A DNA stretch of 64,000 nt from Myxococcales bacterium. Its GTDB lineage: Bacteria > Myxococcota_A > Polyangia > Polyangiales > DASUME01. The notes under the pieces were generated by a model that was not told the origin of the DNA, ran no database searches, and saw only the letters and a program-made list of their open reading frames with translations. The position numbers and the translations under genes are program-made. Shown here one piece after another: positions 1 to 10,673 of the stretch (the stretch's first letter is position 1; each line of letters begins with the position of its first letter). The stretch spans positions 7,840,001 through 7,904,000 of the forward strand of contig JASGJH010000001.1 in assembly GCA_047601445.1 (NCBI GenBank). The letters run 5' to 3'.

Positions 1-1130
1 CGGTCACCGAGTGCATCACGGGGCTCGACCTGGTGGAGTGGCAGCTGCGTGTGGCAGCGGGCTCGCCCTTGCCGCTGAGTCAGGACCAGATTCCACTGCG
101 TGGGCACGCCATCGAAGTGCGTCTGTATGCCGAGGATCCCGAGCAGGAGTATCTGCCCCAGACTGGACAGCTCCTCGAGCTCGCCTTGCCCGCGGCCGAC
201 TCCCACGTGCGCGTGGACACCGGCGTCGTCGCCGGCGACAGCGTGAGCATTTTCTACGATCCGATGATCGCCAAGCTCATCGTGTGGGACCGCGACCGCA
301 GCGCCGCTGCGCGGCAGCTCAATCATGCCCTGTCCAAGGTGGAGATCCTGGGACTCAAGACCAACACACGGCTCTTGAGCCAGCTCAGCGCGCACCCCGC
401 CTTCCTCGCGGGCGACGTGCACACCGGCTTTCTGGGCGAGCACCAGGCGAGCTTGTTCGCCGTCGATCCCGCCCTCGACGAGCGGCTCTGGATCGCCTGC
501 TGCGTCGGCTTGCTCGAGACCCGTCGGCGCGCGCGGCAAGAGGCGCTCCGTGGCACCATCGCCTCGCCGTGGGATGCCCTCGACGGCTTCCGCGTGAACG
601 AGGGCTGTGTGGAGCGACTGCGCCTGCGCAGCGGTGAGCGCAGCGTGGAGCTCGCGATCCGCCACGAACGCATGGGCAGCGTGGTGAGCCTCGATGACGG
701 CCGGTCGCGCAAGGCGTTCGCGCTGCGCGACGTGAGTCTGAGCGGCACGCGGCTCGACGTGATGGCGAATGGGCAGCGCCTGCGCGCCCGCTATGCCGAG
801 CGCAGCGGCGAAGCGCACGTCTCGCTCGGCGGTCGCAGCCTGGTGGTGGAACATCCCTGGGCCGAGCGCGCCAAGGACCGCAGCGCTGAAGCCGGGGAGA
901 GCGTGATCAAGGCACCCATGCCAGGCAAGATCATCGGAGTCCTGGTGTCGGCGCGCGAGCACGTGAAAGTGGGTACACCGCTGTTGCGGCTCGAGGCGAT
1001 GAAGATGGAGCACACCCTGAAGGCAAGTCTGGAAGGGGTCGTGAGCGAGCTTTCCGTGCAGTTGGGAGAGCAAGTGGAGGCCGGTAGCACGCTGTTGGTG
1101 CTCAAGGCCCTCGAGGAGGTCGGACCATGA
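1..1130 (+). CDS. Biotin carboxylase/BCCP subunit, probably 3-methylcrotonyl-CoA carboxylase alpha (5'-truncated by window edge)
   Basis: [13 protein letters not shown] and [10 protein letters not shown] motifs; C-terminal biotinyl domain with EAMKM; overlaps ivd start. Confidence 0.9.
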   Translation, partial: VTECITGLDLVEWQLRVAAGSPLPLSQDQIPLRGHAIEVRLYAEDPEQEYLPQTGQLLELALPAADSHVRVDTGVVAGDSVSIFYDPMIAKLIVWDRDRSAAARQLNHALSKVEILGLKTNTRLLSQLSAHPAFLAGDVHTGFLGEHQASLFAVDPALDERLWIACCVGLLETRRRARQEALRGTIASPWDALDGFRVNEGCVERLRLRSGERSVELAIRHERMGSVVSLDDGRSRKAFALRDVSLSGTRLDVMANGQRLRARYAERSGEAHVSLGGRSLVVEHPWAERAKDRSAEAGESVIKAPMPGKIIGVLVSAREHVKVGTPLLRLEAMKMEHTLKASLEGVVSELSVQLGEQVEAGSTLLVLKALEEVGP

Positions 1131-2302
1131 CGAACGTGATCAACACATTGAGCCTGAACCATGGGCTCGGTGAAGAACTCGACGCGCTTCGCGAATCCGT
1201 ACGGTCCTTTTGCGCCAAACACGTGGGCCCGCGGGCCGCCGAGATCGACCAGACCAACACGTTCCCGCGCGACCTGTGGCCGCGCTTCGGCGAACTCGGG
1301 CTGCTCGGTATCACGGTCAGTGAAGCCCATGGCGGCGCAGGGCTCGGCTACTTGGCTCATTGCGTGGTGATGGAGGAAATCTCCCGCTTCAGCGCCAGCG
1401 TCGGGCTTTCCTATGGCGCTCACTCGAACCTCTGCGTGAACCAGATCTTCCGCCACGGCACCGCGGCCCAGCGCAAGCAGTACTTGCCCAAGCTCATCTC
1501 CGGCGAACACGTTGGCGCCTTGGCCATGAGCGAGCCCGGCTCCGGCAGCGACGTGGTCAGCATGCGGACCACCGCCGAGCGCCGCGGCGACAAGTACGTC
1601 CTCAACGGTCAGAAGATGTGGATCACCAACGGTCCCGACGCCGAGGTGTTGGTGGTTTACGCCAAGACCGAGCCCACGGCGAAGAGTCGAGGCATCACCG
1701 CGTTCCTGGTCGAGAAGGGCATGCGCGGCTTCAGCACCGCCCAGAAGCTCGACAAGCTCGGGATGCGCGGCTCCAACACCTGCGAGCTCGTGTTCGAGGA
1801 TTGCGAGGTGCCGGTCCACAACGTGCTCGGAGAGCTGAACGAGGGCGTCAAGGTGCTGATGAGCGGCCTCGACTACGAGCGCGTCGTGCTGTCGGCCGGG
1901 CCGCTCGGCATCATGCAGGCCTGCCTCGATGCGGTGCTCCCTTACGTGCACCAGCGCAAGCAGTTCGGGACGCCGATCGGACAGTTTCAGCTCATCCAGG
2001 CAAAGCTCGCCGACATGTACAGCACGCTCAGCGCCTGCCGGGCCTATGTGTACACCGTGGCGCGCGCCTGCGACCGCGGCGAGAGCGCCCGCAAAGACGC
2101 GGCAGGCTGCATCTTGTACGCCGCGGAGAAGGCCACCTGGTGCGCGCTCGAGGCCATCCAAGCCTTGGGGGGGAACGGCTATATCAACGACTTCCCGGTC
2201 GGCCGCCTACTGCGCGACGCCAAGCTCTACGAGATTGGTGCCGGGACGAGCGAGATTCGGCGCATGTTGATCGGTCGCGAACTGTACGACCAGAGCGCCT
2301 GA
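1127..2302 (+). CDS. ivd: Isovaleryl-CoA dehydrogenase
   Basis: Acyl-CoA dehydrogenase motifs [33 protein letters not shown]; next to MCC subunit. Confidence 0.93.
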   Translation: MTNVINTLSLNHGLGEELDALRESVRSFCAKHVGPRAAEIDQTNTFPRDLWPRFGELGLLGITVSEAHGGAGLGYLAHCVVMEEISRFSASVGLSYGAHSNLCVNQIFRHGTAAQRKQYLPKLISGEHVGALAMSEPGSGSDVVSMRTTAERRGDKYVLNGQKMWITNGPDAEVLVVYAKTEPTAKSRGITAFLVEKGMRGFSTAQKLDKLGMRGSNTCELVFEDCEVPVHNVLGELNEGVKVLMSGLDYERVVLSAGPLGIMQACLDAVLPYVHQRKQFGTPIGQFQLIQAKLADMYSTLSACRAYVYTVARACDRGESARKDAAGCILYAAEKATWCALEAIQALGGNGYINDFPVGRLLRDAKLYEIGAGTSEIRRMLIGRELYDQSA

Positions 2303-2330
2303 GCACCGCATCCAGGCTTTCGGCCCATCC

Positions 2331-2498
2331 GTGAGCACGGCGAACCTCGGCGAGGGGGCGGGTCCCAGTGCAGTGAGCGTAGCGAACCTCGCGCCGGGGT
2401 GGGTCCCGTCGCAGTTTTGCGGCGACGGGTGGGGAGGTCGCGTGACCTCCCCGCAAACAACCGCGCTGGGCGGCGAGGGCGCGGCCCCGTCAAAAGAA
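2331..2498. repeat. REP-like intergenic element (two imperfect ~36-bp direct repeats plus two GC hairpins)
   Basis: GTGAGCnnnGCGAACCTCG...GGGTCCC at 2331 and 2373; hairpins CCCGTCGC/GCGACGGG (2405-2429) and GGGGAGGTC/GACCTCCCC (2431-2452). Confidence 0.55.
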
Positions 2499-2547
2499 CC
2501 GCGTGCGGGGACTTGCGCGGAGCACGCTTTTGCGGTTCCTTCTGCGG

Positions 2548-3084
2548 GTGACTCTCCCCATTCGACTCTTGCGCACCTCGGAGCTCCGAGCGGTGGCCGC
2601 GCACATCGAACGGCATGCCCTTGAGTCTGGACGCGGCGAGGACCTGGTGTTCGCACCATTCCTCGAGTTCGATCGCGAGGCCTACCAGGAAAGCCGTTAC
2701 GAGAGTTGGCGCCGCGCCGTGGACGTGCCTGGCTGGGAGCGCTGCTGGGCCTTCTTCGAGGGCGACCGGGTGGTGGGCCACGCGGATCTGTCCGGTGCCG
2801 CGCTGTACTCCGGGTTGCATCGTGCCCGGCTTGGCATCGGCGTGGAGCGCAAGTTCCGCGGGCAAGGTAAGGGCAGCGCACTCCTGCGCACGGTGCTGGA
2901 GTGGGCGCGTCGCGAGCCTGACCTTGCGTGGGTGGACCTGTCTGTGTTCGCGCACAACGAGCGGGCGCAAAAGCTCTACCTGAGCCTCGGCTTCCGCGAA
3001 GTGGGCCGCACCCACGACGCCTACCGGCTCAACGGCCTCTCCATCGATGACGTTCACATGGTGCTCAACGTGGAGTCGCGTTAG
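2548..3084 (+). CDS. GNAT family N-acetyltransferase
   Basis: Acetyl-CoA motif FRGQGKGSALL; NERAQKLYLSLGF; GTG start inferred. Confidence 0.88.
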   Translation: MTLPIRLLRTSELRAVAAHIERHALESGRGEDLVFAPFLEFDREAYQESRYESWRRAVDVPGWERCWAFFEGDRVVGHADLSGAALYSGLHRARLGIGVERKFRGQGKGSALLRTVLEWARREPDLAWVDLSVFAHNERAQKLYLSLGFREVGRTHDAYRLNGLSIDDVHMVLNVESR

Positions 3085-3135
3085 CGGCAACAGCCGGGGG
3101 GCGACGGCGCCGCGAGTCCAGGCAAACTCACGCCA

Positions 3136-3510
3136 CTAGTTCTTCACGCTGATCTCCAGCACCGCTCGCTTCTTCTTCTTGCCGGCCAGGCCCGAGAAGA
3201 AGTCGAGCACCCGCATCTGCAGACCATACTTCCTGCGCAACACGGCGTACGCGCGCTCTTCCTGCTGGTGGTCACTCAAGACCACGCAGGTGGCCTCGCT
3301 CCATGGCCCCAGCACCTTGCCGCGCACGTCGCATTTGGCGACGCGTACGTTGGGGTTCCTGCGAATCCGCTTCACCTTGAAGGACTCGCCCTCCGTGAAC
3401 ACCACGATCTTGCCGTCCAACGGGGCGCACCAGACCGGTGTCTTCACGCCGTTGCCGTCCTTCTTGAAGCTCTCGAGATTGATGTAGCGCTCTTCTGCCA
3501 GGTTCGACAT
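3136..3510 (-). CDS. PPOX-class F420-dependent oxidoreductase family protein
   Basis: YINLESFKKDG..VKTPVW, KVKRIRRNPNVRVAKCDVRG. Confidence 0.85.
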   Translation of the reverse strand: MSNLAEERYINLESFKKDGNGVKTPVWCAPLDGKIVVFTEGESFKVKRIRRNPNVRVAKCDVRGKVLGPWSEATCVVLSDHQQEERAYAVLRRKYGLQMRVLDFFSGLAGKKKKRAVLEISVKN

Positions 3511-3528
3511 GAGCACTGCTCTACCGCA

Positions 3529-4960
3529 TCAGTTCGGCGTTCGTATAGCCAGTAGTCGCAGCTCGCTCATGTCTTCGATGGCGTAGCGCACCCCTTCGCG
3601 ACCGAGCCCGCTGTCCTTGACCCCACCGTAGGGCATGTGGTCGACGCGGAAGCTCGGAATATCCCCCACCATCACACCGCCCACTTCCAGGCGGTCCCAG
3701 GCACGCTGCACCTTGTAGATATCCCGCGTAAACACGCCAGCTTGCAGCCCAAAGTCGCCCTGGTTCACCTCCGTCAGGGCCGCCTCGAACTCCTCGAAGC
3801 GGGACAGCACCGCTACCGGTCCGAAGGCTTCCTTGCACACCAGACGCTCCTGCCTGGGCACGTCCTCGAGCAGCGTGGCCTCCAGCATCGCTCCCTCGCG
3901 GCGCCCGCCACACAGGAGCTTTCCGCCCGCGCGCTGGGCGCTCTCGATCCAGTCGGTGAGGCGCTGGGCTTCCTTCTCGCTGATCATGGGCCCGATGAAC
4001 GTGTCCTCGCGCTTGGGGTCACCCATCTTGAGGTTGCGGGTCTTCTCGACCAGGAGCTGCTTGAAGGCGTCGTACACCCGCGCGTGCACCAAGATGCGTT
4101 GCACGCTGATGCAACTCTGGCCGCTCTGGTAAAAGGCTCCGAACACGATGCGCTCCACCGCGTCCTTGAGGTCGGTATCGGCGTCCACGATCACCGCGGC
4201 GTTGCCGCCCAGCTCGAGCACAACCTTCTTCTTGCCCGCCCGCGCCTTCGAGATCCCAACCCACCTCAGGTGAGCCCGTGAAGCTGAGCAGCTTGAGACG
4301 TTCGTCGGTGGTGAACAGGTCGGCTCCCTCCCGATGTGCGGGCAGGATCGAAAAGGCACCACGCGGCAGCTTGGTCTCGGCCAACACCTCGCCGATCAAC
4401 AGCGCGCCAATCGGCGTGAGGCTGGCGGGCTTCAGCACGAACGGGCAGCCCACGGCGATGGCCGGCGCGATCTTGTGAGCGGCCAGGTTCAGCGGGAAGT
4501 TGAAGGGCGAGATGAAGGAGCAGGGCCCGATGGGCACGCGCTTCACCATGCCCAGGTAACCCTTGGCGCGCGCGCTGATATCGAGCGGAAGCACTTCACC
4601 GGTGATGCGGGTGCTCTCTTCGGCGGCCACGCGGAAGGTGTCGATCAGGCGCGTCACCTCACCGCGCGCGTCCTTGATGGGCTTACCGGCTTCGATGCAC
4701 AGGGCCAACGCGAGTTCTTCAGCTCGCTCCCGGAAGCGCGCCACGCAATGGTCGAGCACATCGCGACGCTCGTAGCTCGCCAGGGCTCGCATGGGCTCCT
4801 GGGCTTCCACGGCCAGGGCGATCGCTCGCTCGATGGCGCCCCGATCGGCGAGCGCCACACGCGTCACGATTTGCCCGGAGAACTTGTCGGTGACGGCCAG
4901 GTCCTGGTTGGCGTGGACGGGCTGGTTACCGAGGTAATAGGGGTAGCTGGGCTTGAGCAT
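3529..4960 (-). pseudogene. Aldehyde dehydrogenase with one +1 frameshift at ~4250 (probably a sequencing error)
   Basis: ISPFNFP, LKPA and FTGS lie in one frame; LELGGN, catalytic GQSC and EAFGP in the next. Removing one base restores W-D-L-K-A-R-A-G and a ~476-aa protein. Confidence 0.88.
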
Positions 4961-5096
4961 GTTGGGGAGCTTGCCAAACCGGCTCGTTCGCGCCATTCGT
5001 CATTTTTGTCCGGATAGCCGGATGTCTCGCGTCTGATCACCCGGCGCTGTGGACGCCTCTCACGGCGTGGTCCGCTCCCAGGGGTGCTCGCTCAGC

Positions 5097-5285
5097 TCAG
5101 GTGTTGCTCTCGGGGTCGAGCTTGTGACCGTCGATGCGCTTGTTCTCGAGCTCACGCTTCTTCTCGAGCAAGCTGCGTTCGGCACCGCTGAGGCCGTGCT
5201 TGAGCCGGCGCTGCTGCGAGAGCTTCTCCTTGGTCTCGCGGGCCTTCTTCTTGCGATACTTGTTGAGGTTCACCACGTCGCCCAT
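5097..5285 (-). CDS. Small basic protein, DUF4169-like
   Basis: MGDVVNLNKYRKKKAR...RLKHG...IDGHKL pattern. Confidence 0.8.
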   Translation of the reverse strand: MGDVVNLNKYRKKKARETKEKLSQQRRLKHGLSGAERSLLEKKRELENKRIDGHKLDPESNT

Positions 5286-5362
5286 GGTCTGCACCCTACC
5301 ACCGATGTCGCCATGATGGATCGGTGGCGTGTGCGATTCGTGGGGTCAGCGGCGCAGTCCGC

Positions 5363-6487
5363 TCACGCGGCGCTCGACGCGAGCTCCTGCGAAATCGCGA
5401 GGAGCTCCGCATCGAATGGCGACGCGAAATCGCCGGGAGCTGCTCGCGGCGCGAGCAACTCGCCCAGGAAGCTGCGCGTGTCTTCCCACAGGAGCTTGCT
5501 GGAAGCGCGCCACCACATCGCGTGAAATGCATGAATTTCGCCAGGATAGTAGTGGGCTCGGTGGTCCACGCCGCGCGCGCGCAGCGCAACTTCGAGGCGC
5601 TCGGAGTCGTGGAGCAGCGGATCGGCGGTGCCGCACGTGACCAAAAATGGAGGCAGCGGTCGCGCGAAGGCCTCTGAACTCTCGAGCAGGCGTAGCGGGT
5701 CCGCCAAGTCGTGCTCTCCCGCATAGTGGGCCGGCTTCGGCAGGTAGGAGCGCCCGATTTGTTCGATGGCTTGTTTCGTGACGAACCAACTGCGCTTGGC
5801 GAGCGCGCGAAAGCGGCCAGCATTGGAGACTTCGAAGAAGCCGCATGCAGCGAGCACCGCAACCGGTACGCGATGTCTGCGAAACACGGCGCGTGCCCAA
5901 GGCTCGGGACGCTCCACGCAGGTGGCCATGGCGAGGCTCGTCACCAAGTTTCCGCCGGCTGACTCGCCGGCCACCACGATGCGGCTGTGGTCTCCGCCGA
6001 AACGCTCGGCGTTATCCAGCACCCAGAGGTAAGCGGAGCAGACGTCTTCCAGACCCGCAGGAAAGGGATGCTCGGGGGCGAGGCGATAGTTGATGTTGAA
6101 GACCACGTAGCCGGCGCGGGCGAACTGCCCGGCCATCATCCAGTGGGTCTCTTTGGAGCAGGTCTCGAAACCGCCGCCGTGCACGTAAAGCACCACCGGC
6201 AAGCCCGCGCGGTGGTCCGCGTCGCGTGGGCGCACGACGTCGAGCGTGTGCGACGAATCACCGCTCCCCAAGTACGGCACGTCCTTGATGATCTGAACGT
6301 TGTTCCGAGAGAGGAACGCCTGCACCGGCGCCGACAGCCCCACCAATCGCGCTACGCCGCGCACCACGTCGAGCCCGACGCGTTCGGCGACGAGCAAGGG
6401 ATGTCGGAGCGAGAGTGGGCCGGGAAGAGGACGCAGCGCAGGGTTGGAAGCACGAGCAAAGCCGAAAGGCGCCGCGGCCATGACCAT
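5363..6487 (-). CDS. Alpha/beta hydrolase (HSL-type esterase/lipase)
   Basis: HGGG oxyanion motif, GESAG nucleophile, DPL and H of catalytic triad. Confidence 0.9.
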   Translation of the reverse strand: MVMAAAPFGFARASNPALRPLPGPLSLRHPLLVAERVGLDVVRGVARLVGLSAPVQAFLSRNNVQIIKDVPYLGSGDSSHTLDVVRPRDADHRAGLPVVLYVHGGGFETCSKETHWMMAGQFARAGYVVFNINYRLAPEHPFPAGLEDVCSAYLWVLDNAERFGGDHSRIVVAGESAGGNLVTSLAMATCVERPEPWARAVFRRHRVPVAVLAACGFFEVSNAGRFRALAKRSWFVTKQAIEQIGRSYLPKPAHYAGEHDLADPLRLLESSEAFARPLPPFLVTCGTADPLLHDSERLEVALRARGVDHRAHYYPGEIHAFHAMWWRASSKLLWEDTRSFLGELLAPRAAPGDFASPFDAELLAISQELASSAA

Positions 6488-6671
6488 CGTTCAATCCTCC
6501 GAGCAACACCAGCCCGGGGCGGGTCTGGCGCTTCGTAACAGATTCGTAATCGGACAGCCCAACGTCGTTAACTATCGCCACCCGCTTGGAACAACTCAAC
6601 TTCCAGAACGGGAGTGGCACGAATTCGCTGGGTGTAACGCACACTACGGAGATCAGGTGGGCAGTGTGGGC

Positions 6672-7727
6672 TCACAGGCTCTGGGCGCCGAGGCTGACCT
6701 GAGTGCGCGCCATGGTCTGGCCCAGCCCGGTCTCCACGCTGCACTGCACGATGCCCTCCGCCGCGCGCGGCAGGGAGGCGCGCGACCAGGTGCGAAAGCC
6801 TGCTCGACGCCCGCCCTCGACCTTGAGTTCAAGCCGATAGAACTCGGTGCCGTTGAGACTCCACACGTGAAAAAGCCTGTCTTTGAGGCCATGTGGCGCG
6901 CGCACCGCGCTGAAGCACACCAGGGCGCCGGGCGAGCGCGCGAAGTGAGCGTGCGGATCGATCAAGGTGCGGTCGACGACCTGGGTGCCGATGCCGGAAG
7001 ACATCACGCGCAAGGGAGCCGGAGGCACGGCGCTGATGCCGCCCACCGCCAACAGCAGCGGCACCGAAAGCCCGACCAGCAGCGCGCTCAGGCGCTGCCG
7101 CCCCAGGGCGCCCCCTGCGATGTGCACGGCGGGAATGGCGAACCCCACCACCCCTGCGGTGATCCAGGCTGCCGTTCGGTGCGGCACGCCGAGCATCGGC
7201 AGCGCGGCGTTGAAGCCGACGAAGCTGGCGAATGCGAGCAGTGCTGGCCCGAACACCGGCTTGAGCAAGGCGCGCGAGCACCATGGGTCCCAGGCAGAAA
7301 TCGCCAGCGCGACCACGAACAGTGCTCCGAAGGCGCATTGCAGAGGGGTGAAGACGCTGGCCTGGAAATAGAAGGGTGCGCTGAAGAACAACGGCAGCTG
7401 CAGCAGCGACTGACTGGCGGCCGTCGAACCGAATCGCAGCAGCTTGTGCAGACGACCGTAGGGCTTCGCCTGGGGCGTGGAGGGCAGTCGATGCGCAAAA
7501 CTCAAGACCACGAACACGAGCCAACTGCCGGCGGCGGCTGCCGCGACCCAGGGCCCCTGCGCTTCGCTGCGATCCATCCACACCGCGCTCACGATGCTCG
7601 TGCCGAGCGACACCCATGGCATCGCGCGTTCACTCGCGGCGAGCAGGCGTGCCCAGCGCGACACCGGAGCAGACTTGGGAGCCTCATCCTGGCGAGGGGA
7701 CAGCGGTGGTGACGTGGGGGCCGACAC
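6672..7727 (-). CDS. Multi-TM membrane protein with C-terminal DUF2914-like domain (start uncertain)
   Basis: Several hydrophobic helices, then CFSAVRAP..LFHVW..GGRRAGFRTWS..VET..GQ. Confidence 0.7.
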   Translation of the reverse strand: MSAPTSPPLSPRQDEAPKSAPVSRWARLLAASERAMPWVSLGTSIVSAVWMDRSEAQGPWVAAAAAGSWLVFVVLSFAHRLPSTPQAKPYGRLHKLLRFGSTAASQSLLQLPLFFSAPFYFQASVFTPLQCAFGALFVVALAISAWDPWCSRALLKPVFGPALLAFASFVGFNAALPMLGVPHRTAAWITAGVVGFAIPAVHIAGGALGRQRLSALLVGLSVPLLLAVGGISAVPPAPLRVMSSGIGTQVVDRTLIDPHAHFARSPGALVCFSAVRAPHGLKDRLFHVWSLNGTEFYRLELKVEGGRRAGFRTWSRASLPRAAEGIVQCSVETGLGQTMARTQVSLGAQSL

Positions 7728-7788
7728 GAGCCGTAGTACTAGCGCGCGCTGCTTGCTCGTGGCCTGGATTTGACGTAGTCGCAGCTCC

Positions 7789-7998
7789 ATGGAGTTGGAA
7801 GCGGCCCTGGTTCAGGCGAGCGAAGAGTTTGGTCTCCAGAGCTACTACCGCGACTGCGTACGCCCTTTGCTCTACCAACCCCGTGAGCAGTGGCCCGGCT
7901 GCTGTGGCGGCGGCTGCGAACCCTGTGCACAAACCCTGGTTTCGGTGGCCGACCGGGTGCTCACGTTGATCGGCAAGGAATCCGCGCGCGACCTGTGA
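7789..7998 (+). CDS. Small Cys-rich protein (oxidoreductase-like CCxxGCxxC motif)
   Basis: CCGGGCEPC plus one upstream Cys; GC-biased codons; stop abuts glmU stop. Confidence 0.65.
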   Translation: MELEAALVQASEEFGLQSYYRDCVRPLLYQPREQWPGCCGGGCEPCAQTLVSVADRVLTLIGKESARDL

Positions 7999-7999
7999 G

Positions 8000-9415
8000 T
8001 CAGCGCTTCTTGGCGGCTTCTTTTTGAGCCTTGAGCTTGGCTCGCAGACGGGGCGCGTAGTTTTCCTTGTTGCTCTGGCGTGCGCGACCCACCGCGAGGG
8101 CATCGGCGGGCACGTCCAGCGTCACCGTGGTGCCGGTGCCCACGTAGGCTCCCTTGCCCACGCGAATCGGCGCGACGAGCTGCGAGTCGCTGCCGATGAA
8201 CACGCCGTCTTCGAGCACGGTCTGGTGCTTCTGGACGCCGTCGTAGTTGCAGAAGATGGTGCCGGCGCCGACGTTGACGTCGTTGCCGATTTGGCCATCG
8301 CCGAGATAGGCGAGGTGGTTGGCCTTGCTGCCGCGACCGAGGCGGGTCTTCTTCATCTCCACGAAGTTGCCGATATGCGAGTCGGCTTCCATCACGCTCT
8401 CGGGGCGCAGATGCGAGAACGGCCCCGCCTGCGCGTCTTCTCCGATGCTGCTCTCGGTGGCCACCGTGTAGGGTTTCAAGTAGGCGCCACGGGCCACGCG
8501 CACGTCGGTCAGCACGCAGCCGGTATCGATGCGCGCGCCCGAAGCGATCACGCTCGCACCCCGGATGTGCACGTTGGCTTCGAGGACGGCATCGGGCTCC
8601 ACCACCGCTCGGGCATCGACGTAAACCGCACGCAGGTCCCTCACCGTCACCCCCGAGCGCGCGAGTTGCGTCGCGCGGCGCAGCCTGAGCGCCGACTCGC
8701 ACTCGGCGAGCTGGGCGCGATCGTTCACGCCCTGCGTGTCTTCGAAAGGCCAGTCGATGGTCGTAACGCCACCCTGCGTCGCAGCCTGCTCCACGACATC
8801 CGTCATGTAGAGCTCGCCCTGCGCGTTGTTCGTGGACAGCTTTGCCAGCGCATCGCGCAGGAAAGGCGCCCGAATGGCGTAGACGCCTGGATTCACCTCG
8901 CAGATGGCGCGCTCTTCCGGGCTCGCGTCCTTGTGCTCACGAATGCGCAGCACGCGCCCGTCCGAGTCACGCACGATGCGTCCATACCCAGTCGGGTCGC
9001 TGACCTGACTCGTCAGCATCACGAGCGAACCCGAGCTCTTTTCGGCCGCTTCGATCAGCGTGCGGATGAGTCCGGCGTGCACGAGCGGGGTGTCCCCAAA
9101 AAGAACCACGACCCAATCGCGAAAATCAGTCAGCCCGGTCAGGCCAGCGCGCGTGGCGTCGCCGGTGCCGAGCTGGCGCTCCTGGACCGCAGTGCTCACG
9201 CGCGCGTCGAAGCGCTCTGCGACGTCGCGCTCGAGCTGCTCGCGGCCGTGTCCGACCACCAGCACCACGCGCCGAATGCTCGCTTCCAGGGCGGCGCGCG
9301 TCACGTGGGCATACATGGGAAGTCCGATCAGGGGGTGCAGGACCTTGGGGAGGGTACTGCGCATTCGCGTGCCCTGGCCGGCCGCGAGGATCACCGCTGC
9401 GAACTCCGAACTCAT
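8000..9415 (-). CDS. glmU: Bifunctional UDP-GlcNAc pyrophosphorylase/glucosamine-1-P acetyltransferase
   Basis: LAAGQGTRM..PKVLH, QLGTGDA, hexapeptide repeats, HLAYLGD, NYDG. Confidence 0.97.
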   Translation of the reverse strand: MSSEFAAVILAAGQGTRMRSTLPKVLHPLIGLPMYAHVTRAALEASIRRVVLVVGHGREQLERDVAERFDARVSTAVQERQLGTGDATRAGLTGLTDFRDWVVVLFGDTPLVHAGLIRTLIEAAEKSSGSLVMLTSQVSDPTGYGRIVRDSDGRVLRIREHKDASPEERAICEVNPGVYAIRAPFLRDALAKLSTNNAQGELYMTDVVEQAATQGGVTTIDWPFEDTQGVNDRAQLAECESALRLRRATQLARSGVTVRDLRAVYVDARAVVEPDAVLEANVHIRGASVIASGARIDTGCVLTDVRVARGAYLKPYTVATESSIGEDAQAGPFSHLRPESVMEADSHIGNFVEMKKTRLGRGSKANHLAYLGDGQIGNDVNVGAGTIFCNYDGVQKHQTVLEDGVFIGSDSQLVAPIRVGKGAYVGTGTTVTLDVPADALAVGRARQSNKENYAPRLRAKLKAQKEAAKKR

Positions 9416-9494
9416 ATGAGGCAATCTAGGGGACTAGCCGCATTTGGCGAGCACCAAGTCGCAACTTGCCACAGCGACAAGGAGGTGGATGAAG

Positions 9495-10673
9495 TCAAAC
9501 CTGCGGCTGAGTAAGGAAGTGTCCTACACGCGCAAGAGCGCTCAAATCATGCACATCTTCGTCGAACGCTGGCACCTCGACGTAGAGCCCGCGGTTCCCG
9601 GTCAGTGCTTTCAAGCGCTCCACCTCGACGCGGCACGTGACGGCGCGCGTGCGCTCCTCGTCGAGTGCGCGCTCCAGTTTGGCGCCGAGTTGGGCTGGAT
9701 CGGGAGCGGCCGAGAGGGCGCTCACGAGCGCGCTCGCGATCTGGTTCTCCGGGCCGGGGGGCTCCGAGAGCAGGGGGATCACGCGGTTGATCACCGTGGC
9801 CTGCTGGCGCATGCCGTGCTCGCCGAGCTTCTCGGCGAAGAAGATGGCTTCCTTGACCGCGAGCGGCTCCGGGCTCGTGACGAGCACGAAGGCTACTTCG
9901 GGGCTGCGCAGGGCCTCCGAGACCGCCTTGGCGCGCGTGGTGAAGCCGCCGAAGAGATCATTGATGTCGCTCACGAACTGGGCCACCGAATCGAGGAACT
10001 CGCCACCCGTGATCTTGGCCAGGCCCTTGAGCACCATCTGCGCTCCGCGACCCACCAAGCTGAAGCCGAGCTTGCCCGCGCCGCTGAAGGCCTGGATGAA
10101 CCAGCGCATGGCGGGCGAGTCGATGGCTTCGATGAGCTTCTCGGGAGCGTCGAGGAAGTCGAGAGCGTTGGTGGTGGGAGGCGTGTCGAGCACGATCAGG
10201 TCGTACTGGTCGCGCTGCCGCACCGCGTGCAACTTCTCCATCGCCATGTACTCCTGGGTGCCGGCCAGCGAGGTGGAGATGTACTGGTAGAGCTGGTTGT
10301 CGAGGATGCGCTGGGCGCGCTCGGGGCTCGAGGCGTAGCGCGTGACGAGCTCGTCGAAGGTGCGCTTGGTGTCGAGCATCATGGCGCTCAACGAACCCGT
10401 ACCGTTGAAGGGCAAGCCAGCGCGCTCGAAGAGCTCGCGCGAGACCAGTTGCTCTTCGGTGGTCATCGAGGTGAGGCCCATGCTGTTCGCCAGGCGTTTG
10501 GCTGGGTCGATGGTGAGGCACAACACGCGACGACCCTGGCGCGCGGCGTACAACGCGAGCGCCGCCGACGTGGTGGTCTTGCCGACGCCTCCGCTGCCGA
10601 CGCAGACCACGACGCGATGCTTGGAGACGACCTCGGAAAGCCCCATGAACTCGCGCAGACTAGCAGAACTCAT
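9495..10673 (-). CDS. ArsA/Get3-related P-loop ATPase (BagB/Rv3680-like)
   Basis: GSGGVGKTT, TIDPAKRLA, DTPP; ATGA overlap with hemC stop. Confidence 0.88.
   Translation of the reverse strand: MSSASLREFMGLSEVVSKHRVVVCVGSGGVGKTTTSAALALYAARQGRRVLCLTIDPAKRLANSMGLTSMTTEEQLVSRELFERAGLPFNGTGSLSAMMLDTKRTFDELVTRYASSPERAQRILDNQLYQYISTSLAGTQEYMAMEKLHAVRQRDQYDLIVLDTPPTTNALDFLDAPEKLIEAIDSPAMRWFIQAFSGAGKLGFSLVGRGAQMVLKGLAKITGGEFLDSVAQFVSDINDLFGGFTTRAKAVSEALRSPEVAFVLVTSPEPLAVKEAIFFAEKLGEHGMRQQATVINRVIPLLSEPPGPENQIASALVSALSAAPDPAQLGAKLERALDEERTRAVTCRVEVERLKALTGNRGLYVEVPAFDEDVHDLSALARVGHFLTQPQV

Noticed and set aside
4240..4260. Programmed frameshift in the ALDH gene
   Set aside because: No slippery heptamer or homopolymer; a single extra base in a conserved core fits an error or mutation better
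6615..6630. Sigma54-like TGGCACGAATTCGCT (and CGGCATGGAGTTGC upstream of pntAB)
   Set aside because: GG-to-GC spacing is 9 rather than the required 10; the first also points away from the esterase start
9495..10673. Arsenic resistance operon
   Set aside because: No arsB, arsC, arsD or arsR; single-domain BagB-like ATPase
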